Origin: Camelus ferus
Lineage: Eukaryota
Assembly: GCF_009834535.1 (NCBI RefSeq)
Contig: NC_045697.1
Location: 98,024,001-98,088,000, forward strand
Direction of reading: 5' to 3'
Length of the DNA: 64,000 bases
In this document: piece after piece, positions 41,859 through 54,220 of the stretch
Layout: the number at the start of each line of letters is the position of its first letter
How positions within the stretch are numbered: the stretch's first letter is position 1
Program-made: the position numbers and the translations under genes
Notes under the pieces: generated by a model
Told to the model about the DNA's origin: nothing
What the model saw: the letters and a program-made list of their open reading frames with translations, nothing else
Database searches by the model: none

Positions 41859-43813
41859 TAAAATACACAGGGAAATTAAGGAAATGATACCATTTACTAT
41901 TGCACCAAAAAGAATAAAATACCTGGGAAGAAACCTACCCAAAGAGGCAAAAGACCTGTATGCCGAAAACTGTTAGACACCGATGAAGGAAACTGAAGGT
42001 GACATAAACAAATGGAAAGATATACTATACTATTGGATTGGAAGAATCAATATTGTTAAAATGGCCATGCTGCTCAAGGCAGTTTACATATTCAGTGCAG
42101 TCCCTATCAAGTTACCAATGACATTCTTCACAGAGCTGAAACAAAAAATGTTAAAAATTTATATGGAAACACAAAAGACCCCGAATAGCCAAAACAATCT
42201 TGAAAAAGAAGAATGGAGCTGGGGGAATCATGCTCCCTGACTTCAGACTATACTACAAAGCTACAGTAATCAAAACAGTATAGTACTGGCACAAAAACAG
42301 ACACATTGATCAATGAAAAAGGATAGAAAGTCCAGAAATAAACCCACGCACATATGGTCAATTAATGTATGACAAAGGAAGCAAAAATATACAATGGAGA
42401 AAAAACAATCTTTCAATAAGTGGTGCTGGGAAGACTGGACAGTTATCTGTAAAAGACTGAAATTATAACATTCTCCAACACCATGTACAAAAATAAACTC
42501 CAAATGGATTAAAGACCTAAATGCAAAATCAGATACTATAAAACTCCTAGAGGAAAACATAGGTAAAACACTTGTGGACATACATTACAGCAAAATATTT
42601 TTTGAACCAGCTCCTGAAGTATTGGAAAGAAAAGCAAAAATAAACAAATGAGGTATATCTAATTAAACTTAAAAGCTTTTACACAGCTAAGGATACCATC
42701 AACAAAACTGAAAGACAACCTACAGAATGGGAGAAGATATTTCCAAATGATGTGACTGACAAGGGACTAATTTCCAAGCTACACAAACAGCTCATACACC
42801 TTAATATCAAAGAAACAAGCAACCCAATCCAAAAATGGGCAGATCTAAACAAGCAATTCTCCAATGAAGACATACATAGCCAATAGGCACATGAAAAAAT
42901 GCTCAGCATCGCTAATTGTCAGAAAAATGCAGATCAAACTATAATGAGATATCACCTCACATCAGCCAGAATGGCCATCACTGAAAAGTCTACAAATGAT
43001 ATATGCTGGAGAGGGTGTGGAGAAAAGGGAACCCTCCTACACTGTTGGTGGGAGTGTAGATTGGTGCAGCCACTATGGAGGACAGTATGGATGTTCTTTG
43101 AAAAACTGAAAATAGAGTTACCATGTGATCCAGCAATCCCACTCCTGGGTATGTAGCCAGAGAAAAATAAAATTCAAAAAGACACATTCACCCCAATGTC
43201 CATAGCAGCACTATATATAATAGCCAAGACATGGAAACAACCCAAATGTCCATCAACAGATGACTGGACAAAGAAGATGTGATACATATATACAATGGAA
43301 CACTACTCAGTCATTAAAAAAAAGAATAAAATAATGCCATTTACAGAAATATGGATAGACCTGAAGATTGTCATTCTAAATGAAGTGGGCCAGAAAGAGA
43401 AAGAAAAATACCATATATCATTTATATGAGGAATCTAAAAAATAATAACAATAGTAATAAGGACACAAATGGACTACTCATTATTTATAACTAAGATGAT
43501 TGTTTCTTGAATATGTGTAAGCACATTTGACTGTCCTTTATGACTGGATTACCACATTCTGTTGATTCTTATTTTGCAGTTGGCTTTATTCCTTTGATAA
43601 CTATGTAAGTTTAAGAGGCTAAAGCTCTAATCTGTTCTTAGAAAAAATAATTAGTACATAAATGTAAATGAAAAAAATGTGCAGTATAGTGCATATGTGT
43701 ATTTACATGCAATATAATGTGTATGTGTAATCAAACTGTAACAATTCTACCTAATAAAACTGAAAAAGGAGAAAAAAAATTTTTAAATAAATAAAAGAAT
43801 CTAGGGTGAAAAA
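41859..43813 (+). mobile_element. young 5'-truncated LINE-1 with non-standard 3' end
   Basis: ORF2 fragments ([22 protein letters not shown]...DPAIPLLG). 18-bp TSD aacagttttagctgttaa (41841-41858) / aatagttttagctgttaa (43814-43831). Confidence 0.95.
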
Positions 43814-44066
43814 AATAGTTTTAGCTGTTAAAACTCAATGTAATGTAGGTTATGTTAATAGAGAAACAGAAGCTACAAAAAGGAAAAAAAAATTAAACCA
43901 ACCATTGCTTTCTTCTGTTCACTTGTCAGACCATATCCAGAATAAGTGGTTTAATCTTGGCATCAAATTTCAAGTAGAATGATGATACATCAGAATGACT
44001 GTGGTCAAAGGCAACGGGGTAGTAGTGGTGCAGAAGGTAGCTAAAGAATCCCTGGATGCTGGATGT

Positions 44067-44455
44067 TGTATTAGTCTCGTAGGGCGTCCATGGCAAAGTG
44101 TCTATCACAAACTGGATGGCATAAACAACAGAAATTTATTCTCACAGTTCTGGAGGCTAGATATCCAAAATCAAGGTGTTGGCAGGACTGGTTCCTTCTG
44201 AAGGCTGTGAGGACAAGATCTGTTCCATGGTTTTCTTCCTGTATCTTCACATCACCTCCCCTCTGTGCAGGTGTCTGTGTCCAGATTCCCCTTTTCATAA
44301 GGACATGAGTTATATTTAATTGGGGTCCACAGTAATGACCTCACTTTAACTTGATTACTTCTGTAATCATTCTATCACCAAATCACTTTCTGAGATACTA
44401 GGGGTTAGAACTTCAACATGTGAATTTAGGGGAGGACACAGTTCAACCCGTAACA
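44067..44455 (-). mobile_element. MaLR solo LTR (MLT1B-like)
   Basis: 'tgtattagt...aacaacagaaatttattctcacagttctggaggctag...ggacacagttcaacccgtaaca'. 5-bp TSD gatgt/gatat. Confidence 0.9.
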
Positions 44456-44699
44456 GATATCTGTTTAGTGAGAAAAGTATCAGAAAGTACGTAATATATA
44501 TTTTCAAATTTCTGAAGAACTGGGCTGAAAAAAGAGGGATGAGATTTTTCTGGGCTGCTCTAAAAAACAAAACTAAAATGCATCTACGAAGTTAGGGAAA
44601 TAAAAGATTACAACTAAATAGAAGGAAATACATCCTTTGAGAGGGTATAAAATATCCTAAAAGACAGGTTTTGTATCTTGCAGCCATTGAAAGAATAAT

Positions 44700-44920
44700 G
44701 TAAAATCTTATCACTAGTAACTGCTAGGTATGGACCTTGGACTTGTTTTGTAATTTCTCTCTGCCTTGGCTATTATGCTTTAGTAAAATGGAAATAATAA
44801 AACCTACTTCATATGGTTTCTTTGAAAACTAAAGGAGATGATGTATATATAACACTCAGCACAGCGCTCAGCACAGATTAGAACCTCGGGTAAGGTATTT
44901 ATTATGTCATTATTATCACT
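44700..44920 (+). mobile_element. MIR SINE
   Basis: 'gtaaaatggaaataataaaacctacttcatatggtt...aacactcagcacag'. Confidence 0.7.
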
Positions 44921-45454
44921 ATTTGCAGTTTTCTAATGATTTTAATATGTTGAGATAGTTCTGAAGAATCAAAATCATGGTTCAAGGGCTACTTTTCACA
45001 GATATTATTGTAGGAATTCTTACACTGTTTGGAAGTTAAACTGAGGATTTTTAAGGTTGTTTGTAAATTATTAATATTTTATGGTTCTAGAAGGTAGATG
45101 GTAAATGAAAGTAGACTCAGCTGCCTTGGTTATACATCTTCCCCCTGAACACAGACTAGAGTTGCTACTACTTACTTGGGTTGTGTTACTCTTCAACTAC
45201 TTAATTTCATAACTTGTAGCAGTATTTTCCTGTCACGTGTTTGATTAATGTTGAAAAATATCTGTACAAACATCAACATCAATTTTAATGTAATCTTCAA
45301 TGTCAAATATTATCACAAAAAGCAGCACAGGATATTCTACTGAGGTAGCTCCTTGGAACCGAATGTGTGCCTGTAAATTCAAGTCCATCATGGGTTTATT
45401 AAAATAAGCACAAGTTAACCTCATCCTCATGCAAGGATATATAGAGAGTACATT

Positions 45455-45870
45455 ATCCATTCATTTATTGATTCCTAAGTCACCAAAATGCAATTTGGTA
45501 CCCTGTTCTGTGCCCAGAGACTGTCCTAGGCTCTGGAAATACAAAAATTACAAAACAGGTATTCCCATTTTCAGAGAATTTTCAGGTTAGTGGTAAGAAA
45601 AACACCTAAGCAGACATTCAGTTTCTGAAATATTGTTGCTACAACAGGTAAAGATTATTGAGCAGGTAGTTGGGATGGACACCTGGCCGTAGTCCTGATG
45701 GTCAGGAAGGACTTAGCAATGGAAATGTTTCTAAGTTTAGGCCTACAGGGTTAGCAGTTCACAAGTGAAAAAGAGGGAAAAAGAAGATTCTAGAAAAGTG
45801 CAAAGTATGTATGAATGCTCAGGGTCAAGAAAGGTCATGAATCAAAGGAGGAACTGTAGCACTTCCCTGA
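45455..45870 (-). mobile_element. L2 3' region
   Basis: 'ccattcatttattgattc...ctgtgcccagagactgtcctaggctctggaaataca', 'ggtcaggaagg'. Confidence 0.65.
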
Positions 45871-47459
45871 GATGAGAAGGAACTTGGTGTGGTGGAAAAT
45901 TACACTGAGGTTAGAAGATCTGACCTGGTCCTAAGTACCAATGCCCCTAACTCCTACTCACAAATGTAGGATATACTGTATAACAGAAATGCCAGCCAGA
46001 TTTAAAGCCCACACATTATTTAAGATCTGTTATACAAACAAATAAATTCTAAAATGTGCTGGTATACTCCTTTGATAAGATATGGAAAGAAAGAATTGTG
46101 GATTACCAGATATGGACCTTCTAAAAGTCAAATCCCTTTTTTCCTCCTTACAATAACTCACGTGCCTGGATCCATGAAATTGTGTAGAACTGAACCAAGA
46201 GATACATCTCTCTCAACAAGAAATGTAAGGTAGGGTTACACAATCTGGACTGGCTTTTCCAATGGAGAAATGAGCATGAATGGACTCATCTTGTTAAGAG
46301 GAGAGATGAAGCCATCTGTGGTGCTCAGGAGAACACGCAAGACAGAAGTCACATCACAGAGGCCTGACAGACCTGCTGCAGTGGTTCCCAAACTAGCTGA
46401 ATGAAACATACTAACTAGACAGTGTATCACATGAATTCAATCATTTTCAATGTCGAGTTTGAATAGATTGTAGCATCAAGGAAAAATGCAAATGATATAA
46501 AGTAGAGTGAAAAAGATAGAAAACACTTTCAGTCTAGGATGACAGTGCAAGGGAGTTGCTATTTCTGCCCTTTTCTCCACAGCAAAAATGCTAGTGCTCA
46601 CTCCATCCCAGTTCCAGCACCAGGCACAGGTGGATGCTCGACAGTTCCGTAGAGCAGTCTCTCAGAAACACATCAGGGCGAAGCAGTACTGGCGTGGCAA
46701 GATCCTGGTATTAATAGAAATCAAAACAGGAGACAAAACCCATGCTGATTCCTAAGGTAAAGGAATCTCCAAGCCTCACCCTCTCTCAACTATACCCCAA
46801 ATGATGCACCAGTATGGTCCATGACAAGAAAGAATATGTTAGTCTTCCCAATCATGGATTATGGTCATATCCAGAGAAACAGAGGGTCAATCTGCCTGGA
46901 ATTCCTTCTCTCCATATCTTTCTCCTCCCCTCTGCTCCCTTCTCTCTCCATCTCTTTCCCCCTTTTATAGTTATCTGTTCTCTTCGCAGAATCTCAGTTT
47001 CATCCTGGTAGTGAACCTGATCAGGCTAGGAAGGTTGTCTTTTCTGTCAACCTTCCATCTCGACATGATGACAGAGAATCCACAAATCAGTGACCCCAGA
47101 GTCTTTTCAGGGAATCTGCCTCCTAGTCTATTTCCAATTCTTCAGAGTGGAATTTCTACATGACAAAGAAACTTCCCTCTCAATAATATTAATCATCTCT
47201 CCTGTGTTCTTTTTTTCTAATTCTCTTCCCACTGTAAGTGAGAATGGAGAAGAATAAGAGAGATGTTAAAATATATGTACTTTTGGACAAGGCCAAAAAT
47301 TCTATGAAATATATAAAACTGGGAATGGGAATTTATAGAAACTCTTTGCTACCTGGATCTTCTCCTTCTTACCTTGCAAACCACAAACGTTACAGTAACT
47401 GAAAACAAAGTACAGTGACTGAAAACAAAGGGATAGAGGTCATCTGAGCCATGGTCAGA

Positions 47460-47622
47460 TCACAAAGATACTTTTTAAATGCAGGTTCCTGGGCCTTACT
47501 GCTAACCTATCACATTCGTAGCAAGAGTGGGGATAGGGTGGAGGTGGGGTGGCATTGAGAATCTGCATTTTTAACAAGTTATTCAAGTAAGCCTTATGAA
47601 CTCTAAAGTTTGGGAATCACTG
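47460..47622. mobile_element. MER5A-like hAT-Charlie MITE
   Basis: 'aaatgcaggttcctgggcc...gaatctgcatttttaacaag...aaagtttgggaatcactg'. Confidence 0.75.
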
Positions 47623-47849
47623 CAAGCCAATCTTCTAGTCCTGGAAGAAAAGGCTCATAGACTTCCATGTATCCCATTTTACTTCCATAAGCCTTCAAAA
47701 CAGACCAGGAGTGATGAAACTGGCACTATTCATCTCAATTATTCATTTTCAGTCCCCTTCACAATATGTCCCTCTCTTTTGCCATGTGACTGGCAGTGTT
47801 TCTCTTTGGGAAAGGCACCTCTACCACCACCTCATTTACACCTCACTTG

Positions 47850-48470
47850 ACCATGTAACTGTACTATGGCCAATGCAGTGTAGGTAAAGAATACCTGCAA
47901 CACCTGGGCAGATGCTCCAGTGGCCATTGCATGGCTCCACCATTGCTCTTTCCCCTGCTGCAAGACTGAAATAAGGCCTTTGCCTTTAGTCTGGATCCCC
48001 AAATGAAGAAGATATGTGATACAGAGCCACAGCTCTGGTGGAACCTGCGTGGTGTTGACCTGAAATAAACAGACTGCCAGATATGTCTCCAACAAAAATG
48101 GGTCTATTCAGGATCAGAAAAGAACTGAAATTCAGGGTCTGCAACCATGGCAAGCCACATACAAGTCCCCCCACAGCAAGGGAAGGAGAACACTTTTACA
48201 GAGGGGGAAGGGTAGTTGAAGGGATTATGATAAACAAAGAGTCCATGGTTTTCCATTGACTGAGTCCTTGCCAAGAAAAAAGAGGGGGGTCTTTCTTCTT
48301 CCTATTGGAATCTGCTATCATCAAAGGGTATGAGAGCTCCCCCTTCAGGGCTTCAGACTCTATGAAATTAAGGTTTCTATTTATTAATTTTTTACAATGG
48401 ACAGAGTGAGAAATAAACTTATTTTTGTAAACCACTGAGATCTTGAACTTATTTTTCATTAAGGCATAAC
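47850..48470 (+). mobile_element. old MaLR LTR (MLT1I/J-like) interrupted by an ERV1 LTR
   Basis: 'ccatgtaact..tggccaatg', 'ctggatcccc', 'cagagccac', then after the insert 'gtgagaaataaactt...aaccactgagat'. Confidence 0.6.
48053..48396 (-). mobile_element. ERV1-type solo LTR
   Basis: TG...CA termini (tgttgacc...tttttaca); 4-bp TSD gtgg/atgg; cleanly splits the host MaLR. Confidence 0.75.
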
Positions 48471-50156
48471 AAAGAGAAAGGTTTCTGATCCAAAGAGATA
48501 AAATATTTTTTCAAATGTCCTTTGCAAAGACAAAGTATGGTAGGTATGCCATATAAACACAAAAAGTAATTGCACTGCCCCTAAGGTGGTGCAGTAAGTG
48601 TACCTAGCAATACCCAACAGAAGAACAGACCCACATGTACACAGTGACCTGCTAGTCTCACTTCACCATAGCTTCCCAGTCTGCACTGCCCAAGGAAAAC
48701 AATGAGAGCTCTAATGTGTCTTCAAAACACTATAAGGAGGGCTTATTCACCCCGCTACACACACATACACAGTTTAGGCAAGAAAGAATACCACTGGGCA
48801 AATTGCCTTCAAATACACTATCTAATTTCTTCATGGCTCTTCCTGTTTGTTTTTCCAAATTCACCTTCTCATCTTCCATGGCAACAGGACAAGACAAAAT
48901 GGTTCCGTTTTAACATTCAAGGGCTGTTGCTTCCAGACAATGTAGTGCTGTTCAACAGAAAAGCACTATTCAGCATACTAAAAAAAAAAAAAAAAAAAAA
49001 TCCTTTAACTCTTCCCTTCTCATCATTTGTGAATTAACAGTACCCTGACCAATACTTTGCCAGACCCCTGATTTCATCCCCTTGATGATACAGGTTATAA
49101 ACACAAATCAGCATGAAAAATAAAGTGTATGGCTAAATCATTTGCTATTTACTCATTTCTTTCTATAAATCAACAAAATGGCAGGAATCTGAAATAGATT
49201 TACAACATTAGCTTGCTAAATACTATTTGGATCTGGAATCCTATTCATGGAAAGAAATTCCCAGAAGCTATCTTTCTTTAACTTCTGGTCTTCTAAAGTA
49301 AATAAAAATATTATGCAGATTTTTAAAAAGAAGAATTCTAAAAGATGCTGAAAACAAGTTTAATTAATATGTGGAAAATATACATGCAGGTCTACTCTGT
49401 ATCTAGGTGACAAATAAGTCAAATGGAATTTTATTAAAGCAATTATCATATGCCATTTGTGCTTCGTGATTAGTCTGGCATCCCTAGATAGTAAAAAGGC
49501 AAATGTCTCTGATGGTAAAAAGCCACTAATTCCTGCAGGTCTAATTAGAGTCATAGCATTTGGCATAATGTGTTTTAAAATGGTATGTGGCTACTTTCAA
49601 AGCCTCAAGATATATCAAATAGAATTTTTCAAGTGTGTGTAAAGTTGCTAACATAAACTGGAACCCTTAGTTCCCAATATTTGCTTCAAATGTAAAGAAG
49701 AGATGCTTCCATAGGAACAGAGCTGTTCAGGAGTCACAATGTCTTTTACTCCATGACTGAAGCCAATTGAGTCAGAGGTAATGATAATCAAAGTCCCTTT
49801 TGTTAACTGTCATTTGAAAGCCCATGATTCTACTGAACTACTTAACTCTTACCAAGATCCCAGAACAGTCCAGGAGTTTCTGAGGCTGGGATTCAAAACT
49901 GGGAATACAAGGGCGGCTTAAACTCCACCAAGACCGACTCCGTGGGGACAATTCCTGGCCTAAGAGAACCAATGGAAACCTGATGAATTCTTTACAGATT
50001 CTTTCCTCTTCCTTCCCTAACTAGAAGAATCCAAGACATTTCAAAAGGTCTAAGAGCCATTTGCTTGGTTGTATAGTTCCTGGAATACTTCAGACGGCCC
50101 CAGCATTGTTTTATAACCCTAGCGAAACTCCAGATTTCTAGAACTGACAGAAAAGG

Positions 50157-50182
50157 ACACACACACACACACACACACACAC
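50157..50182. repeat. (AC)13 microsatellite
   Basis: read directly. Confidence 0.97.
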
Positions 50183-51169
50183 TGATTATGGGCTGGACTA
50201 TGTGCTCATTAGCACAGACTTACAGTCAAGCAAATACACAGATAAATCTAGTCTCTCCAAAGTTTCAGGGCACAAGATTTCAGGCTTCACTCATCAACTG
50301 GCAGTCACCACTACAGGCACCTTCATCCCCTAAATGTATCATCCCTCTGATAGGGTCAAGAATGCCCTCTATTTCCCCGGGATTCTTTCACTTCTCTTAC
50401 ACCTTATGCTTATGTAACTATATTTCCTAGCCCACCTCCAAAATATACGGCCATAATAAGAATGCCATCCATACTGGTTAGGACATTTGTTCATTAAAAA
50501 GCCAACTCGCAGCTAAATGAAGAGCCAAAGATCATTAGAAGTGACAGAGCATGGAATTTTGGAAACGAGTACCTCCCTGAAGGCCTCAAATACCACCTTA
50601 GCCGTTTAATACTCTCTTGGTATGTATTTTATACACCATTTATTTAAAACAGCTTTGAGAGAAGGTCATTCAGGTATTTGGATGTGGGTTAACATCTAAA
50701 ATGAACCATGGTTTATTATTCTTCTTATTGTCCACTTAGTAAGGATAGTGTAGTAGATGGCGGAAGACTATGGCCTCATTTGAGAAAGTGCAAAAACAGC
50801 ACTTTTCCTTCATTCACGCTAGAATGCATATCTTGATATTTAAGTCTCTAACCCTTCAGGAATGAAAGGTAATTTGAGGCATACTGTATATCTGTAGTTC
50901 ATCCTTCTAACTCTCAAGTATGATACTGTAACTCAGGTGAAGAGCTGCAGCAAAAGGACATTAGTGTCTGCAGCTGTGTTCTGTTGAAACGAACTGGATC
51001 TATAAGACAACCTTATCAAGCTTGTTATAGTATAAGTGGCAGCTTTATGTTGAAGAACAAGAGGAAGTAGTGAAGGATACCGTGATGCATCATAAACCTG
51101 CAGGATTTTTACAAGCCAAGATAGATGTTGAGATAATGAGAACAGGTTTACTTGTCAGAGGCTGTGATG

Positions 51170-52140
51170 TCAAAACCAGAGTTTCTCATGATTTTCAAAA
51201 AGAATAGTTTTTAATACATTCACAACACAATAGCCCTCAGCAGCTAATGATGATCCACAGAAATGTATGTAAATTAGTACCAAAAAGAAGCATCTACCTC
51301 TGATTGTCAGGAATGCCTGTGGATAATATGAGAGTGACTTTAAACACTGTCATACTTTTGAATGTTAACTTTCGCCAGCCCATCTCCAGTTTGCTCTCAT
51401 TATTCTGGAAATAATTGAAGGGTCATACATAGAAAGCAAAAAAACCTAACTCATTTGAGACTCTGAGTAGATTTTTACAAAATTTCTCCACTAAGCGGAA
51501 AACTTAGTAACCATAAGGTACAAGATGGAGCACAATCATTAAAACATCTTCGAGAGAAGTGAGAAGAATTAGATGGTTAGGATTCAGAATATAAAGAGGT
51601 TAACGGTGGGATGCCTCAAGAGTGCACTTTAAAACTGTTAATGCTCAATGAATTGATTAACCTGGGAAAATAGCAGGTTGCGAATTTAAAAGTTTGCTAA
51701 TGTTACCGAAGTATTAAAAGAATTCAGGAAGGAGAGGATTTTAAAAGCTACTAGGGGCCATCTGATTGCTTTCTATGATGCCCTCTGGGTGAAGCCTAGA
51801 AACAGCCCTGATGGAGAATGCTTCTGCATTAAGAGACTGAGTTCCTAAAGAAGAACCAAAAAAAGTACTGTAGATTCTTAAAGGGGTTAGGGGCAAAGGT
51901 ACTCTACTCAGAACTATACTAGAAAAAAGAAACGTTTTAACTGTTTGTCGCTTACTGATACATGTAATTATTAGACAATGAGGAAAGAATCTATTCAATA
52001 AGCACTTGGAATCAAAACATTTTTCAAAGATTCTCTCAAACTGGCTTAAGAAATGAAAATTGAGGAAAAGATACAGTTTGTGGGAGCATATAAACCAGTA
52101 CTGCCAGCATATGGTGAACACCATTTTTGAGTTTGATAAG
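51170..52140 (+). mobile_element. very ancient CR1-clade LINE reverse-transcriptase fossil
   Basis: Colinear degenerate motifs: NFRQPISSLLS (51367-51399, cf. NYRPISLLS), KEVNGGMPQE (51593-51622, cf. SGVPQGS), KFANVTEV (51690-51713, cf. KFADDTKL). Confidence 0.6.
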
Positions 52141-52220
52141 CAAACTTAGAATTTTATTTTAAAAATGTAAAGGGATTTCAAGCTCTAGGTCCTATAATTT
52201 CCCTCAAGACCAGTACCCCC

Positions 52221-52455
52221 AGCTGCTCCAAATGGAGCAGCAAAGTGAAATTAACCAATTCCCTTGAAAGGCTGTAGTGGTTCAGCTTCAGGGGGCTTGT
52301 TAATTTCCCTTCTCCAGGGGTTCTCAATAAGGCCTGGGAGCAAAGCAGGGAGGCAGAGTGAAAAGAGAAATTAACAAGCTTTCTAAAGTATTGCTACCCC
52401 TACTTCTTTCAAGGGAGTTGGTTAATTTCACTTTGTAACTCCATTCAGATCAGCT
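52221..52455. repeat. long imperfect inverted repeat (ancient hairpin/MITE-like element)
   Basis: Arms ~52221-52314 and ~52360-52455. Core 52241-52270 matches the reverse complement of 52406-52435 at 29/30. Confidence 0.95.
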
Positions 52456-53079
52456 CAAGTTTGAGAAAAGCTCCAATTAAAAAGAGGGAGACTGGGAAAC
52501 AAAGGCAATTGGGTAGGAAAGGGAGGAAATGGATAGAATTTAAATCAATGACCTCAATCCAAAGCATTTCCCCCAAATACTCAAAGCACTTTACATGTAA
52601 AGATTACATTTTTTTTTTAAATTTGGCAAGGTGAAAGAAAATTTCTTTTCATTTTTATTAATTTTATCCTTCCTTAGAATCCTGGTAGAACTTCTGAAAT
52701 ACAAATACTTTCTACTTTACCTGAATCACAGGGGTAAAGGCTGTATTTGTATCTGATCCATATAATCCTCTTTGACTCTCTTCAAATCTGGGTGATACCA
52801 ATATTGCTACCCATTTCCAATACAAATAACATTATCAAGTGTTTTAAAATTGAAAAATAGAATAAGCACCTAGAAGGGACTGCTCATTAAACACTGCCTT
52901 GAATTATGAAAAGGGGAAAATGAAAAAAAAAAAAAAAAAACCTTTGAAAAAAAAAGAAAGAAAAAATTAGTAGGAAAAAAAATAAAGGGATAAGTGGAAG
53001 AGGCTTTAAGGGAAGAGACATGTGAAAATAGTAAGTGCATGTAAGCTACCTAAGGACATGAGGCATAGTTTTTTAGGTA

Positions 53080-53633
53080 TTGAACAAACCTGACTTCAGA
53101 TTAGATCTGTTCCCTTAGCTGTAACCTTTGTGCTCTGTTGCCTGTGCTTAGTCATCCTGGCTCTGCACTTTTGTCTCCTCAATCAGTAAAAGAATGTTGC
53201 CTATAGCCTAAAATATACATAATAGCCCTTTCTCAAGGCTCTGCCTCCCAGGCTTGACCTTCAAACCCCTAACACTTTTCATTCATATACAGATAAAAAG
53301 CTGAAGAGAAGAAAATAACATTTGTTTTGTGAAGGTTTACAGGAACATCATGACCAGACCTACATAGATAGTTGCAAGAACAAGGAATTACCACATCCCC
53401 CGCCCAGGTCTGGCTGGCACCAAGAAGTCTGCAACAACCAGCCACACACCCTCCATTTCTAGTATAAAAGAAACTCGAATTCTAACTTGGGCAAGATGAT
53501 TCTTTGGGACACTATCCACCATTTTCTCAGTCTGATGGCTTTCCAAATAAAGTGGCTTCCTTGCCCCAACACTTCATCTCTTTAGTTATTGGCCTTTCAA
53601 GAAGTGAGAACTATAAGATTGGACTCAGTAACA
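53080..53633 (+). mobile_element. ERV1 solo LTR (MER41-like, same family as 25263-25759)
   Basis: shares 'agaatgttgcctatag', 'tgcaagaacaa', 'gcaacaaccagcca', 'gctttccaaataaagt', 'ggactcagtaaca'; 5' end unclear. Confidence 0.85.
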
Positions 53634-53999
53634 ATGTGAAGGGTGTAAGTCATTATATGCATTAAATTTATAATATCACTAAATAGTGGACAAATTTTCA
53701 CTAAGAAATTTTAGAATATGTAAAATCATTGAAATAATGTAGTACAGCTCTTAGCATAGTACAAATAAGTGTTTAGTAAAGTACTGGTATCTTAAAATTA
53801 CTTGACCATTATCTATAGGCCATTTCTATTCATGCTTCTCTTTCATAAAGTTTGTAAAATCCTTTCTTTGTAAAATAAACCTCTACCTTCAACACATTGG
53901 ACTGAAATCAACTAATAATATTAAAACAATTAAGGCTACATGGAGTGAAGTCTTTTTGTAGGTACCATGATGAAATAGAAAAATCACAGCTTTGATGCC

Positions 54000-54220
54000 G
54001 GAGTGAAAATAAAATCTAATTTTATCAGTTTCTAGGTAGACTCAACAAGTAGCCTTGGGCAAACTACTGGCCCCTTCCAAACGAAGAAATGTCAACTTTT
54101 AGAAAATCAGCTTAATAAAATGCACCATGGGAGACTGTTTAATTACAAGATATGTGTGTAAGGTATCCAAGACAATGAATGGTAAGTGTCCAATGAATGA
54201 TAGCTATTATTATCATTATT
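54000..54220 (+). mobile_element. MIR SINE (degenerate)
   Basis: 'gccttgggcaaactact', end 'caatgaatgatagctattattatcattatt'. Confidence 0.55.

Larger units (their letters stand above)
41700..44640 (+). mobile_element. CR1/L3 3' region split by an L1 and an MLT1B insertion
   Basis: 'aagctcacagtgagtcaacag' (~41825) continues after the L1 as 'aatgtaatgtaggttatgttaatag...tgtcagaccatatccaga', and after the MLT1B as 'tgtttagt...ttttcaaatttctgaaga'. Confidence 0.6.

Noticed and set aside
46236..46430. Natural-looking 64-aa minus-strand ORF as a coding exon
   Set aside because: No recognisable homology and no convincing flanking splice pair
25263..53633. Two same-orientation MER41-like LTRs as the ends of one provirus
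   Set aside because: They are ~28 kb apart, differ by large indels, the first has its own ATTT TSD, and no gag/pol/env lies between them. Independent solo LTRs.
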